From the NCBI GenBank assembly GCA_964425185.1, contig CAYRKX010000002.1, positions 8,791 through 72,790 of the forward strand: DNA of 64,000 bases, written 5' to 3'. The notes below the pieces were generated by a model. That model was given only the letters and a program-made list of their open reading frames with translations, had not been told where the DNA came from and made no database searches. Both the position numbers and the translations under genes were made by a program. Source of the stretch: an uncultured Eubacteriales bacterium. GTDB taxonomy: Bacteria > Bacillota > Clostridia > Oscillospirales > Acutalibacteraceae. Numbering within the stretch: position 1 is the stretch's first letter; each line of letters starts with the position of its first letter. Shown here piece after piece: positions 18,247 through 26,409 of the stretch.

Positions 18247-18335
18247 CGGCTGGCTGACGCGCGGTTTGGCTGGTACGCGCAGGCTGGTTGTTGCGCGCGG
18301 GCTGGTTGTTGCGCGCGGGCTGGTCGATGTGCAGA
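18233..18335. repeat. degenerate GGCTGG-phased tandem repeat (two perfect 18-bp copies GGCTGGTTGTTGCGCGCG)
   Basis: GGCTGG at 18233, 18248, 18268, 18282, 18300 and 18318. Perfect copies at 18282-18299 and 18300-18317. Confidence 0.85.
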
Positions 18336-18505
18336 TCCTCACAATTTCCCGCACGGCAGGGAGCTCTCGCTCTCCCCGCTTTTTCATTACGAACAGAAAA
18401 TAAACAGGCTCAAAAAGGACCACACTCCCGCGCAAAGCGGAGAACATGGTCCCATAATATCGTGTTCAATTGCTGAAGCCAAAAGAGCTTCGACTTTCGG
18501 CAAGC

Positions 18506-20599
18506 TTACTTCAACAGATTTCTCATGCTCATCAAGGTAATGATGATGGTAGAACCGTTGTGTAGCAGCGCGGACTGCTGCGGCATCAGGATGCCGGAAA
18601 TTCCGAGAGCAATCAACGTGCCGTTGAAACCGACAATGAAGCGGTAGTTGCTGTTGATGCGGTTCATAAGGCCATCGGCAATTTTCTTGAGGATGACAAC
18701 ATTCTCGAGACTCTCGCCGTTCATGGTAATGTCCGCGACCTCGCGGGCAATTTCTGCGCCGCCGCTGATGGCAATGCCGACGTCTGCGGCAGACAGTGCC
18801 GGAGAATCATTAATGCCATCACCGATCATAACAACTTTGTGGCCCGCTTTCCGCTCTTCCTCGACAAATATTGCCTTGTCTTCCGGAAGAACCTCAGCGA
18901 AGTACTGGTCTACGCCGACCTCATTGGCGATGGCGCGTGCCGTACGATCTGAGTCACCGGTCATCATAACCACTTTCTTAAAGCCGTTTTCTTTCAGCTC
19001 ACGAATGACACCTTTAGCCTCCAGACGAAGCGGATCCTCAATGAGAATAACCGCAATAAGTTTTCCGTCCAGCGCGAAATACAGGTGAGAGCAGTCATCC
19101 GGAATGGACTCCCAGACTTTCCGCTTCTCCTCCGGCATTTCAATCCTTTCGTCCTCAAACAGGAAATGATAGCTGCCAATCAGCGCGCGCTTTCCGTTAA
19201 TGGAAGAAGCAATACCGTGAGCCACAATGTACTCAACCTTGGTATGCATCTCGTCGTGCTTGAGTCCCTTGTCCTTAGCCGCCTTAACGACAGCGTTGGC
19301 AATAGAATGCGGGAAATGTTCCTCCAGGCACGCAGCCATTCGGAGAAGCTCGTCCGGATCTTCGCCGTCAAACGAGATTACTTCACGGACTGTCGGCTGA
19401 GCCTTGGTCAGGGTTCCGGTCTTGTCGAATACGATTGTATCTGCTGCAGAAATGGCCTCCAGGAACTTGCCGCCTTTGACGGTAATACCATGACGGCCCG
19501 CCTCTCTCATCGCCGAGATAACAGAAATAGGGATGGACAGTTTCAGGGCACAGGAGAAATCGACCATGAGTACCGATACTGTCTTTTCAATATTTCTAGT
19601 GAAAATATAAGTCAAAATAGAGGTGAGGAACGTGTACGGAACCAGTTTGTCCGCCATATGGTAAGCCTTGCTCTCCACAGAGGACTTCAGATTCGAGGAG
19701 TTCTCAATCATCTTGACAATCTGTTCATATTTACTGTCTCCGCCAGTCTTCTTGACGGTAAAGACAAGTTCGCCTTCCTCAACAGCAGTTCCGGCATAGA
19801 CTGTATCTTCTACCGTCTTTCTGACAGGAAGCGATTCACCGGTGAGAGAAGCCTGGTTTACCATACCTTCTCCGGAAATAACCGTGCCATCAAAGGGAAT
19901 CGTGTTTCCGGTATGGGCCACAACTTCATCGCCCGGGTTGACGTCAGTTACAGGGACAAGGACTTCCGTGCCGTCCGGCGTACGAACCCAGACATCCGTT
20001 ACATTGAGGGACATGACACGTGCCAGGTCTCCCATGCTGCGTTTGCGGGTCCACTCCTCGAGGAGATCGCCAATGCCGAGCAGGAATCTGACAGAGCCGG
20101 CGGTGCTGTAGTCGCCGCGGATCATGGAGACGAAGATGGCTGTTGCATCGAGAACAGAGACTTCGAGTTTGCCGTGGAAGACGGACTTCAGGCCCTCCTT
20201 AAAGTACTTCAGAGAGTTGACCCAGTTCCAGATTACCTTCACGGTATGCAGGGCATCAAACTGCCACAGTGCCTTGCGGGCCAGATAGAAGAATACCTTA
20301 TTAAAAAGTTTGTCGGCATACTCCGCATTCAGCGGTCTGACAGAGTGCTCTACCAAGCCTTCGGGAGCCTCGACATCTTCATAATGGAAGGTCTGCAGCG
20401 AGTGGATGAGCGTCGACCGGTCGCCGGAATAAGTGAACTCCGCGTCCCCGGTACGCTCATGAACCCGGACGTCATCTACGCCGTCCAGATTCATTAAGTA
20501 GTATTCGAGAAGATCCGCCTGCGCAAAAGTCATATTACCATATTGATTCACACGAATGCGCATGCGGGTCTTGTTCTCATGCTTTATGGTAAATTTCAT
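18506..20599 (-). CDS. P1B-type (heavy-metal) P-type ATPase with non-canonical metal-site motifs
   Basis: 697 aa; DKTGTLT, GDGINDSPAL. The TM metal motif reads DFSCALKLSIP instead of CPC. The C-terminal TM has HNGST. The N-terminal ferredoxin-like domain has no cysteine. Confidence 0.9.
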   Translation of the reverse strand: MKFTIKHENKTRMRIRVNQYGNMTFAQADLLEYYLMNLDGVDDVRVHERTGDAEFTYSGDRSTLIHSLQTFHYEDVEAPEGLVEHSVRPLNAEYADKLFNKVFFYLARKALWQFDALHTVKVIWNWVNSLKYFKEGLKSVFHGKLEVSVLDATAIFVSMIRGDYSTAGSVRFLLGIGDLLEEWTRKRSMGDLARVMSLNVTDVWVRTPDGTEVLVPVTDVNPGDEVVAHTGNTIPFDGTVISGEGMVNQASLTGESLPVRKTVEDTVYAGTAVEEGELVFTVKKTGGDSKYEQIVKMIENSSNLKSSVESKAYHMADKLVPYTFLTSILTYIFTRNIEKTVSVLMVDFSCALKLSIPISVISAMREAGRHGITVKGGKFLEAISAADTIVFDKTGTLTKAQPTVREVISFDGEDPDELLRMAACLEEHFPHSIANAVVKAAKDKGLKHDEMHTKVEYIVAHGIASSINGKRALIGSYHFLFEDERIEMPEEKRKVWESIPDDCSHLYFALDGKLIAVILIEDPLRLEAKGVIRELKENGFKKVVMMTGDSDRTARAIANEVGVDQYFAEVLPEDKAIFVEEERKAGHKVVMIGDGINDSPALSAADVGIAISGGAEIAREVADITMNGESLENVVILKKIADGLMNRINSNYRFIVGFNGTLIALGISGILMPQQSALLHNGSTIIITLMSMRNLLK

Positions 20600-20943
20600 T
20601 ATTTCTTAGCGCCAGATTTCTTTGTGGTCTTCTTCGGGGCAGCTGCCGGAGCTTTCTCGTCCTCATCGGTTACATCTTCGTACTCAGCCTCAGCTTTGGC
20701 CTTTGCCTTGGCAGCTTTCTTGGCTGCATGCTCTTCGTTAATTTCTCTGGCGTCGGAAACCATGTCGTTCCAGGTCTCCTTAGTATTGGCTGCGTTGGTC
20801 ATAACAGCATCCTTAGCGCGAAGAGTGGCTGCAATTACGTGAGTATACCCTTTCTTAGCGGTATCGCTCGAAAGCATATCAAAACCTGCGGAACCGAAAA
20901 GAGTGCCGCCCGCGAAAAGTGCTACATGTCCCCATGCTGACAT
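20599..20943 (-). CDS. small protein with Gly-rich N-terminal helix and K/A/E-rich tail, coupled to the ATPase
   Basis: 114 aa from ATG 20943 (GGAGGA SD): MSAWGHVALFAGGTLFGSAGFDML.... Its TAA overlaps the ATPase ATG (TAATG). Confidence 0.6.
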   Translation of the reverse strand: MSAWGHVALFAGGTLFGSAGFDMLSSDTAKKGYTHVIAATLRAKDAVMTNAANTKETWNDMVSDAREINEEHAAKKAAKAKAKAEAEYEDVTDEDEKAPAAAPKKTTKKSGAKK

Positions 20944-21337
20944 AATGAATTCCTCCAATATAATAAATGTTAGTAGTTTTTGTGAGTAATCGACAAATTG
21001 CCTTATAGTTTGTTGCATGTGTGCTACAACTGACTACATTTACATTGTACCACGCTTTGAAAGTCTTGTAAACCGCAAGCCTACGCTAATTTTCTGGATT
21101 TTCGAATTTTGATTTTTAATGAAAATGTCTTGTCATCTGTAACTTTTCGTGCTATACTTCGAGTCAAAGTTAAGGATTCGCTCTCAAGTGAGTTAGAGAG
21201 AAATGACTCCTGCTAACTTTTATAGCATGTGTGCAACGAACAGATTTGACTTTATTTGCTCATTTTGGCGGATAAATCATTCAAAGACGATCACTTTTTA
21301 TAAACTTTATCATTACTATTTTAAGGAGGCTCGCCCT

Positions 21338-21655
21338 ATGAGCAAAGTAGATGAACTCTTAGAACAGGTTAAAGCATTAGAAGAAAAAGCCGATCTCTTA
21401 GAGAAAAAGACGGATCACAGCGAAGAAGACGCTGACGACCTTGAGGAAAAAACCGATGATCTCAAGGATGTCATTGAAGATCTCATCGATGACGATGATG
21501 ACGATGATGATGACGACAAAGAGTCCAAAGATAGCAAAGATGCAAAAGACAGCAAGAAGGAAAAAGCTTCCGGCTGGCAGATTTTCGGCCGTATCTGCGT
21601 CTGTGGTCTGATTGCCGCCGACCTCTACTATCTCGGCAAGAGCTTTGACAAATAA
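21338..21655 (+). CDS. acidic coiled-coil protein with poly-Asp tract and C-terminal membrane anchor
   Basis: 105 aa from ATG 21338 (AAGGAGG SD): MSKVDELLEQVKALEEK...DDDDDDDDD...WQIFGRICVCGLIAADLYYLGKSF. Confidence 0.55.
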   Translation: MSKVDELLEQVKALEEKADLLEKKTDHSEEDADDLEEKTDDLKDVIEDLIDDDDDDDDDDKESKDSKDAKDSKKEKASGWQIFGRICVCGLIAADLYYLGKSFDK

Positions 21656-21687
21656 GCTTATATAATTTCCAGAAGGAAATTTGACGC

Positions 21688-21740
21688 AAAGCCGCGTCGG
21701 AGCAGTGCATCGGCATTGCCCGGCGCGGTTTTTTATTTTT
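21688..21740 (+). terminator. intrinsic terminator
   Basis: CCGCGTCGG/CCGGCGCGG stem followed by TTTTTTATTTTTT. Confidence 0.55.
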
Positions 21741-21763
21741 TCCAGGCGATTCAGAAAAAAAGT

Positions 21764-21797
21764 ATAAAAACAGGGCCGCCCAGCACGGGCGGCCCTG
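21764..21797 (-). terminator. intrinsic terminator after dapL
   Basis: CAGGGCCGCC/GGGCGGCCCTG perfect stem; T-run on the minus strand. Confidence 0.7.
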
Positions 21798-21877
21798 AAA
21801 TTCTTTTCATTCAATTTTTTCAACTAATCCAGTACTGGTATCAAAGACCCACCGTACCAGTTCCATCCAGAGCACAA

Positions 21878-23056
21878 TCAGCCAAGCAGCTGTTCCATTC
21901 TCTTCATGGCCTCTGTCGTTGCCTCATGGCTGCCGAAAGAGGTGAAGCGGAACCACCCCTTGCCGCAGTCGCCAAATCCTTCACCTGGAGTGCCAACAAC
22001 CTGAATGTTTTCGAGAAGATAGTCGAAAAACTCCCATGAGCCCATGTTGTTGGGGCACTTAATCCAGACATATGGAGAGTTCTTACCGCCGGTATACTCA
22101 ATGCCGAGCTTATCCATGGTCTTCATAATAGTCTTGGCATTCTCACGGTAGTAATTGATATTGTTGTCAATTTCTTTCATGCCCTGCTCGCTGAAGACAG
22201 CAGCAATAGCGCACTGTACCGGCCAGGAAACACCGTTGTACTTGGTGCTCAGGCGGCGGTACCACAGATCGTAAATATTGTGGCCGTCTCTGACAAGTTC
22301 CTTCGGAATAACGGTATAGCCGCCGCGGGTTCCGGTGAAACCTGCGGTCTTGGACATGGAGCAGATTTCAATCGCGCAGGTCCGTGCACCGTCAATGGCA
22401 AAAATGGAACGCGGAGAGTCGTCAACAATGAAGTGCTCATAAGCGGCATCGTAGATAATTACAGCATCCTCTTTATTTGCGTAGTCAACCCATGCCTTGA
22501 GCTGATCCTTGGAGAAGGTAGCTCCGGTCGGATTGTTCGGAGAGCAGAGGTAGATGAGGTCAGCGTGGACGTTCTCATCCGGAGCGGCACAGAATCCGTT
22601 CTCTCCGGTAGACGGAGCGTAGAGAATTTTGCGGCCCGCCATAATGTTGGAATCCACATAGACCGGATAAACCGGGTCAGTTACGAGAACAACGCTGTCC
22701 TGACTGAAAATTTCAGCGAGATTGGCGCTGTCGCCCTTGGCACCGTCGGTAATAAGAATTTCAGACGGATCTACTGAGACGCCGAACGAAGCATAGTATT
22801 TGGAAACAGCTTCCCGAACAAATTCATAGCCCTCATAGTCCGGATATCCTTTGAAGGTCTCCTTGTGAGCCTGGTCCTCGGCGCCTTTCTTCAGTGCATC
22901 CACAGCAACCTGGGGAAGAGGAAGAGTGACGTCGCCAATGCCCATGCGGATTAACGGCTTGTCCGGATGTGCCTCTGCATAAGCAGAAGACTTCTTCGCA
23001 ACGTCTGCGAAGAGATAGTTCGGAACGAGATTGTCAAAGTTATGGTTAATCTTCAT
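21878..23056 (-). CDS. dapL: LL-diaminopimelate aminotransferase
   Basis: 392 aa; NYLFADVAKK...PLIRMGIGDVTLPLP N-terminus typical of DapL; class-I aminotransferase fold with SMSKTAGFTG lysine. Confidence 0.85.
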   Translation of the reverse strand: MKINHNFDNLVPNYLFADVAKKSSAYAEAHPDKPLIRMGIGDVTLPLPQVAVDALKKGAEDQAHKETFKGYPDYEGYEFVREAVSKYYASFGVSVDPSEILITDGAKGDSANLAEIFSQDSVVLVTDPVYPVYVDSNIMAGRKILYAPSTGENGFCAAPDENVHADLIYLCSPNNPTGATFSKDQLKAWVDYANKEDAVIIYDAAYEHFIVDDSPRSIFAIDGARTCAIEICSMSKTAGFTGTRGGYTVIPKELVRDGHNIYDLWYRRLSTKYNGVSWPVQCAIAAVFSEQGMKEIDNNINYYRENAKTIMKTMDKLGIEYTGGKNSPYVWIKCPNNMGSWEFFDYLLENIQVVGTPGEGFGDCGKGWFRFTSFGSHEATTEAMKRMEQLLG

Positions 23057-23104
23057 AGATACTGCTCCTCATACTATTTATAATTAAAAATCTTTATTAT
23101 TATT

Positions 23105-24262
23105 TCATTTTTCCAGTACCCGGTCAAGGAGTTTTTCCGAGGCATGCCCGTCCGGGCTGCCGAAATGCAGTTTTCGGAACTGCTCCAACCTCTCCGGCAT
23201 AAAGTCCTGTGTCTCAAACACCCGGCAGAGGTCGTCCATGGTTTTCACGACCGGACCCGGGGCGTGTGTCTCGTAGTCAAAATAGAAGCTGCGCTCGGAC
23301 TCAAACTCGTCCAGGTCGTACGCATACAGCACCACCGGTTTCCTGAGCAGTGCATTGTTCATACAGATGGACGAGTAGTCGGTAATCATGACATCGGAAA
23401 TGAGGCTCAGCTCGTTTCCATCCGGGTAATCTGTGACGTCAATGACACCCTCCTGACTCCGACAAATGGCTTCCAGCTTCCCGCGCGATTCACGGTCGTT
23501 GGGGTGCAGCCGCACGAGTATTGCCGTCGACTTTCCAGCGCCTTTTTCCGCGGCGTTCTTCAGCCGTGAAAAGTCCATGTGATCCAGTAACTGTGCGGTT
23601 TCTTCAGGGTTATCCCGGAAGGTCGGAGCATAGAAGACAAGGTATTTACCTTTACAGGCTTCGTGTTCATTATCAAACAAATTACGGTGCTTTTGTACAG
23701 CACTTTTGCCGACATTTTCCGGTCGAAAATAGAAATCCTGGATTGGAGTTCCCGTTGTAATGACCTTGTCTGGAGACAGGTGAAATGCATGGGCGTAGAT
23801 GGGACGGATCTGCTCTCCGGAGCAGACCACATAGTCAATGTTCTTCTGCGCACCCAGCTCTTTTTTTCGGATGTCCGGGGGCTGTGGAATATCAAATCCA
23901 AACTTTTTAAAGGCGCCCATTCCGTGCCACAGCTGAACCACTTTTGTCTTCCGGTTCGGGTTCATATAAGCCATGGGAAAGAAGTTATTGTTCAAAAACA
24001 GGTAATGAGCCCGCCCCATTCGAAAGGCATCCACTGTCATAAACCGCAGAGCACCTTTCAAGTTGTTGATTTCCTCCCGGGAGATGTGAAGAATTTCATA
24101 GTCTCCCCGGCGCTGAAGCTCCCGCTCCACCTCATTCATGGAGTCATAGTGGTCTCCGGCAGTCAGACGGAAAAACACCACCCGCTTGGATTTTATAGGA
24201 AGTTTTGCGGCTAAATTATATACAGCGGCAAAGTTGCGGTATGCCAGGTCACGAATATTCAC
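23105..24262 (-). CDS. CDP-glycerol/ribitol glycerophosphotransferase (TagB/TagF family)
   Basis: 385 aa; QLWHGMGAFKKFG and ITDYSSI motifs. Confidence 0.8.
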   Translation of the reverse strand: MNIRDLAYRNFAAVYNLAAKLPIKSKRVVFFRLTAGDHYDSMNEVERELQRRGDYEILHISREEINNLKGALRFMTVDAFRMGRAHYLFLNNNFFPMAYMNPNRKTKVVQLWHGMGAFKKFGFDIPQPPDIRKKELGAQKNIDYVVCSGEQIRPIYAHAFHLSPDKVITTGTPIQDFYFRPENVGKSAVQKHRNLFDNEHEACKGKYLVFYAPTFRDNPEETAQLLDHMDFSRLKNAAEKGAGKSTAILVRLHPNDRESRGKLEAICRSQEGVIDVTDYPDGNELSLISDVMITDYSSICMNNALLRKPVVLYAYDLDEFESERSFYFDYETHAPGPVVKTMDDLCRVFETQDFMPERLEQFRKLHFGSPDGHASEKLLDRVLEK

Positions 24263-24953
24263 GGAATATTAACTCTCCTACTTTCAAATCGAACGGATAG
24301 GTAATCTTGATGTTGTAATTTTCACCCCGTACCAGGTATACCGGCTCACCCTTCATGGTGAAGATCTTGCATCCGTCTGTCAGCGTCTTCTTCTCCTCGT
24401 CCGTCAGCGAGTTCATCAGCCGCTCAAGCTTGCGGGCGTTGAAGGTCTGCGGCGTCTGCATCTGGTATAGTTTCGAGCGGTCCGGAATCTGGTCAATCAG
24501 CTTCCCGTCGCCGCTCTCGAGAATAGTATCTGTAGCAGGAATGGCTGTTCCGCACGCACCGTATTTCTTTGCAGCAGCTATATTCTCCTGAATAATCCGC
24601 TTTGTCACAAACGGCCGCACCGCATCATGGGTTACAAGAATGGTGTCGTCGTCAAAATGGTACGTTTTGTCCAGAAACTGTATGGCCTGGTCCAGTGTAT
24701 CATTGCGTGTGGCGCCTCCCGGAAGAACCGTTAATCGCCCGGAAGAGCCGAGAGAATCCGCCAGAAGTTCGCGGGTATAGTCGACCCAGTCCGCCGGGGT
24801 CAGAACAACTACATGTTCGAACGCGGGATCCGACAGAAACTTTTTCACAGAAATAGTCAGAATGGCCTGACCGCCGATTTTGAGATACTGCTTCGGGGTA
24901 TTGGCCCCCATCCGGCTCCCTACGCCGCCGGCCAGCACCGCTGCGAATATCAT
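24249..24953 (-). CDS. IspD/TarI-family cytidylyltransferase (ribitol-5-P or MEP)
   Basis: MIFAAVLAGGVGSRMG...PKQYL. A 14-nt overlap with the TagF-like gene favours a teichoic-acid (TarI-like) role. ATG 24953 has AGGAG 8 nt upstream; the track GTG 24962 abuts the SD. Confidence 0.8.
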   Translation of the reverse strand: MIFAAVLAGGVGSRMGANTPKQYLKIGGQAILTISVKKFLSDPAFEHVVVLTPADWVDYTRELLADSLGSSGRLTVLPGGATRNDTLDQAIQFLDKTYHFDDDTILVTHDAVRPFVTKRIIQENIAAAKKYGACGTAIPATDTILESGDGKLIDQIPDRSKLYQMQTPQTFNARKLERLMNSLTDEEKKTLTDGCKIFTMKGEPVYLVRGENYNIKITYPFDLKVGELIFREYS

Positions 24954-25054
24954 ACTCTGCACTCCTCTCTTACGCGCGATTTACCGCTTAAATGATAGCA
25001 CACGGGACCGAAATATGATAGTATGATAAGAAGTAAGAACGGAGGAAACCGCGC

Positions 25055-25486
25055 ATGAATATTCTTGTCATTAACGGCCCAAACCTCAATATGCTGGGCA
25101 TTCGGGAACCCGGAATTTACGGGTCAGACTCCTATGATGATCTCTGCCGTCTCATCCAGAAGAAGTGTGATGATGAGGGCATTTCCGTAGAGTTCTATCA
25201 GTCCAACCACGAGGGCTCTATTGTCGACAAAATTCAGGAGGCCTATGGAAAGGCTGACGGCATTGTCATCAACCCTGGAGCATACACCCACACCAGTGTT
25301 GCCATTCTCGACGCACTGAAAGCAGTCAGCATTCCGACCGTAGAAGTACACATTTCCGATGTGGATGCCCGCGAAGAATTCCGCCAGAGAAGTTATGTCT
25401 CTCTGGTCGCCATTCAAACCATTAAGGGGCATGGCTTCAACGGATATCTCGAGGCCATTGACACACTGAAAAGACGGGAGAAGTAA
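25055..25486 (+). CDS. aroQ: type II 3-dehydroquinate dehydratase
   Basis: 143 aa; MNILVINGPNLNMLGIREPGIYG and HISDV motifs. Confidence 0.93.
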   Translation: MNILVINGPNLNMLGIREPGIYGSDSYDDLCRLIQKKCDDEGISVEFYQSNHEGSIVDKIQEAYGKADGIVINPGAYTHTSVAILDALKAVSIPTVEVHISDVDAREEFRQRSYVSLVAIQTIKGHGFNGYLEAIDTLKRREK

Positions 25487-25488
25487 CC

Positions 25489-26391
25489 ATGAGTAAGAAA
25501 AACAAGGCTCCCACTCTGACGCAGTTTTCCACAGCCCAGTCGAAGAGCGGTTTTTCTGTGAGCCAGACCGAGCCCACCGTTGAACCGGAGAGCCGCTGGA
25601 GCCATTTTCGGAAGCACTTTTTCGACACCGCAGATAACAACCATCTCAGCGGTTATGAACTCTTCCTCATCTTTTTGATGGCCGCCATCCTCGGGTCCGT
25701 TATTGAACAGGTATTCTGTGTCATTACCAACGGATACTGGGAGCGCAGAACGTCTCTGGTTTACGGAGAATTCGGATACGCCTATGCCATCGGTGCTACC
25801 CTGCTCACACTTCTGCTTTTCCGAAACACGAAAACCGAGTGGTGGAAAGTCTTTCTCAAGGCTTTCATCGTCTGCTCTATAGCTGAATATATTATGTCCT
25901 GGGGTGAGGAACTCGTCTTCGGATATGTTTCCTGGAACTATCACCGAATGCCTCTCAACGCCAATGGAAGGGTCTGCTTCCTGTACGGCTGCTTCTGGGG
26001 TGCACTCGGTCTGTTCTGGTCCAAACTTATCTACCCCGGCCTGAAAAAACTTATCCGCGCCATTCCCAAGAAGGTGGGAAAAGTCGTGTTCTGGGTCTTT
26101 TTTATCTTTCTGATCTATGACACTATAATTTCTGTCTGTGCCACTACAGCATTTAATGCCCGCCGGGCCGGTAATCCTGTGGATACACCGGTAGAGCGGC
26201 TCATGGAGTGGCAGTTCCCCGATAAGTTTATGATCTGGACTTACCCCAACTCGTATCAGGTCAAAAACGGCAAAGTATCCAGTGACACGTTGAACGGGAG
26301 CAATTCCCGAGCCAAAGAGCTGGATCCGGGAAATACGCGGAGCAGCCTGTCCTGTATTTCTCTGGCCTTTGCCGCACAGACTAACCTCTGA
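25489..26391 (+). CDS. polytopic membrane protein, putative ABC-transporter type IV (PF06541-like) family
   Basis: 300 aa; YELFLIFLMAAILGSVIEQVF...YGEFGYAYAIGA core. Paralogous to the next gene. Confidence 0.5.
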   Translation: MSKKNKAPTLTQFSTAQSKSGFSVSQTEPTVEPESRWSHFRKHFFDTADNNHLSGYELFLIFLMAAILGSVIEQVFCVITNGYWERRTSLVYGEFGYAYAIGATLLTLLLFRNTKTEWWKVFLKAFIVCSIAEYIMSWGEELVFGYVSWNYHRMPLNANGRVCFLYGCFWGALGLFWSKLIYPGLKKLIRAIPKKVGKVVFWVFFIFLIYDTIISVCATTAFNARRAGNPVDTPVERLMEWQFPDKFMIWTYPNSYQVKNGKVSSDTLNGSNSRAKELDPGNTRSSLSCISLAFAAQTNL

Positions 26392-26409
26392 CATCTTTTG
26401 GGAGAGTTT

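Noticed and set aside
18282-18335. Possible CRISPR array (also considered for 60607..60725).
   Set aside because: The repeats are directly tandem with no unique spacers. There are only 2-3 copies at 18 or 41 bp period, and no cas genes in the window.
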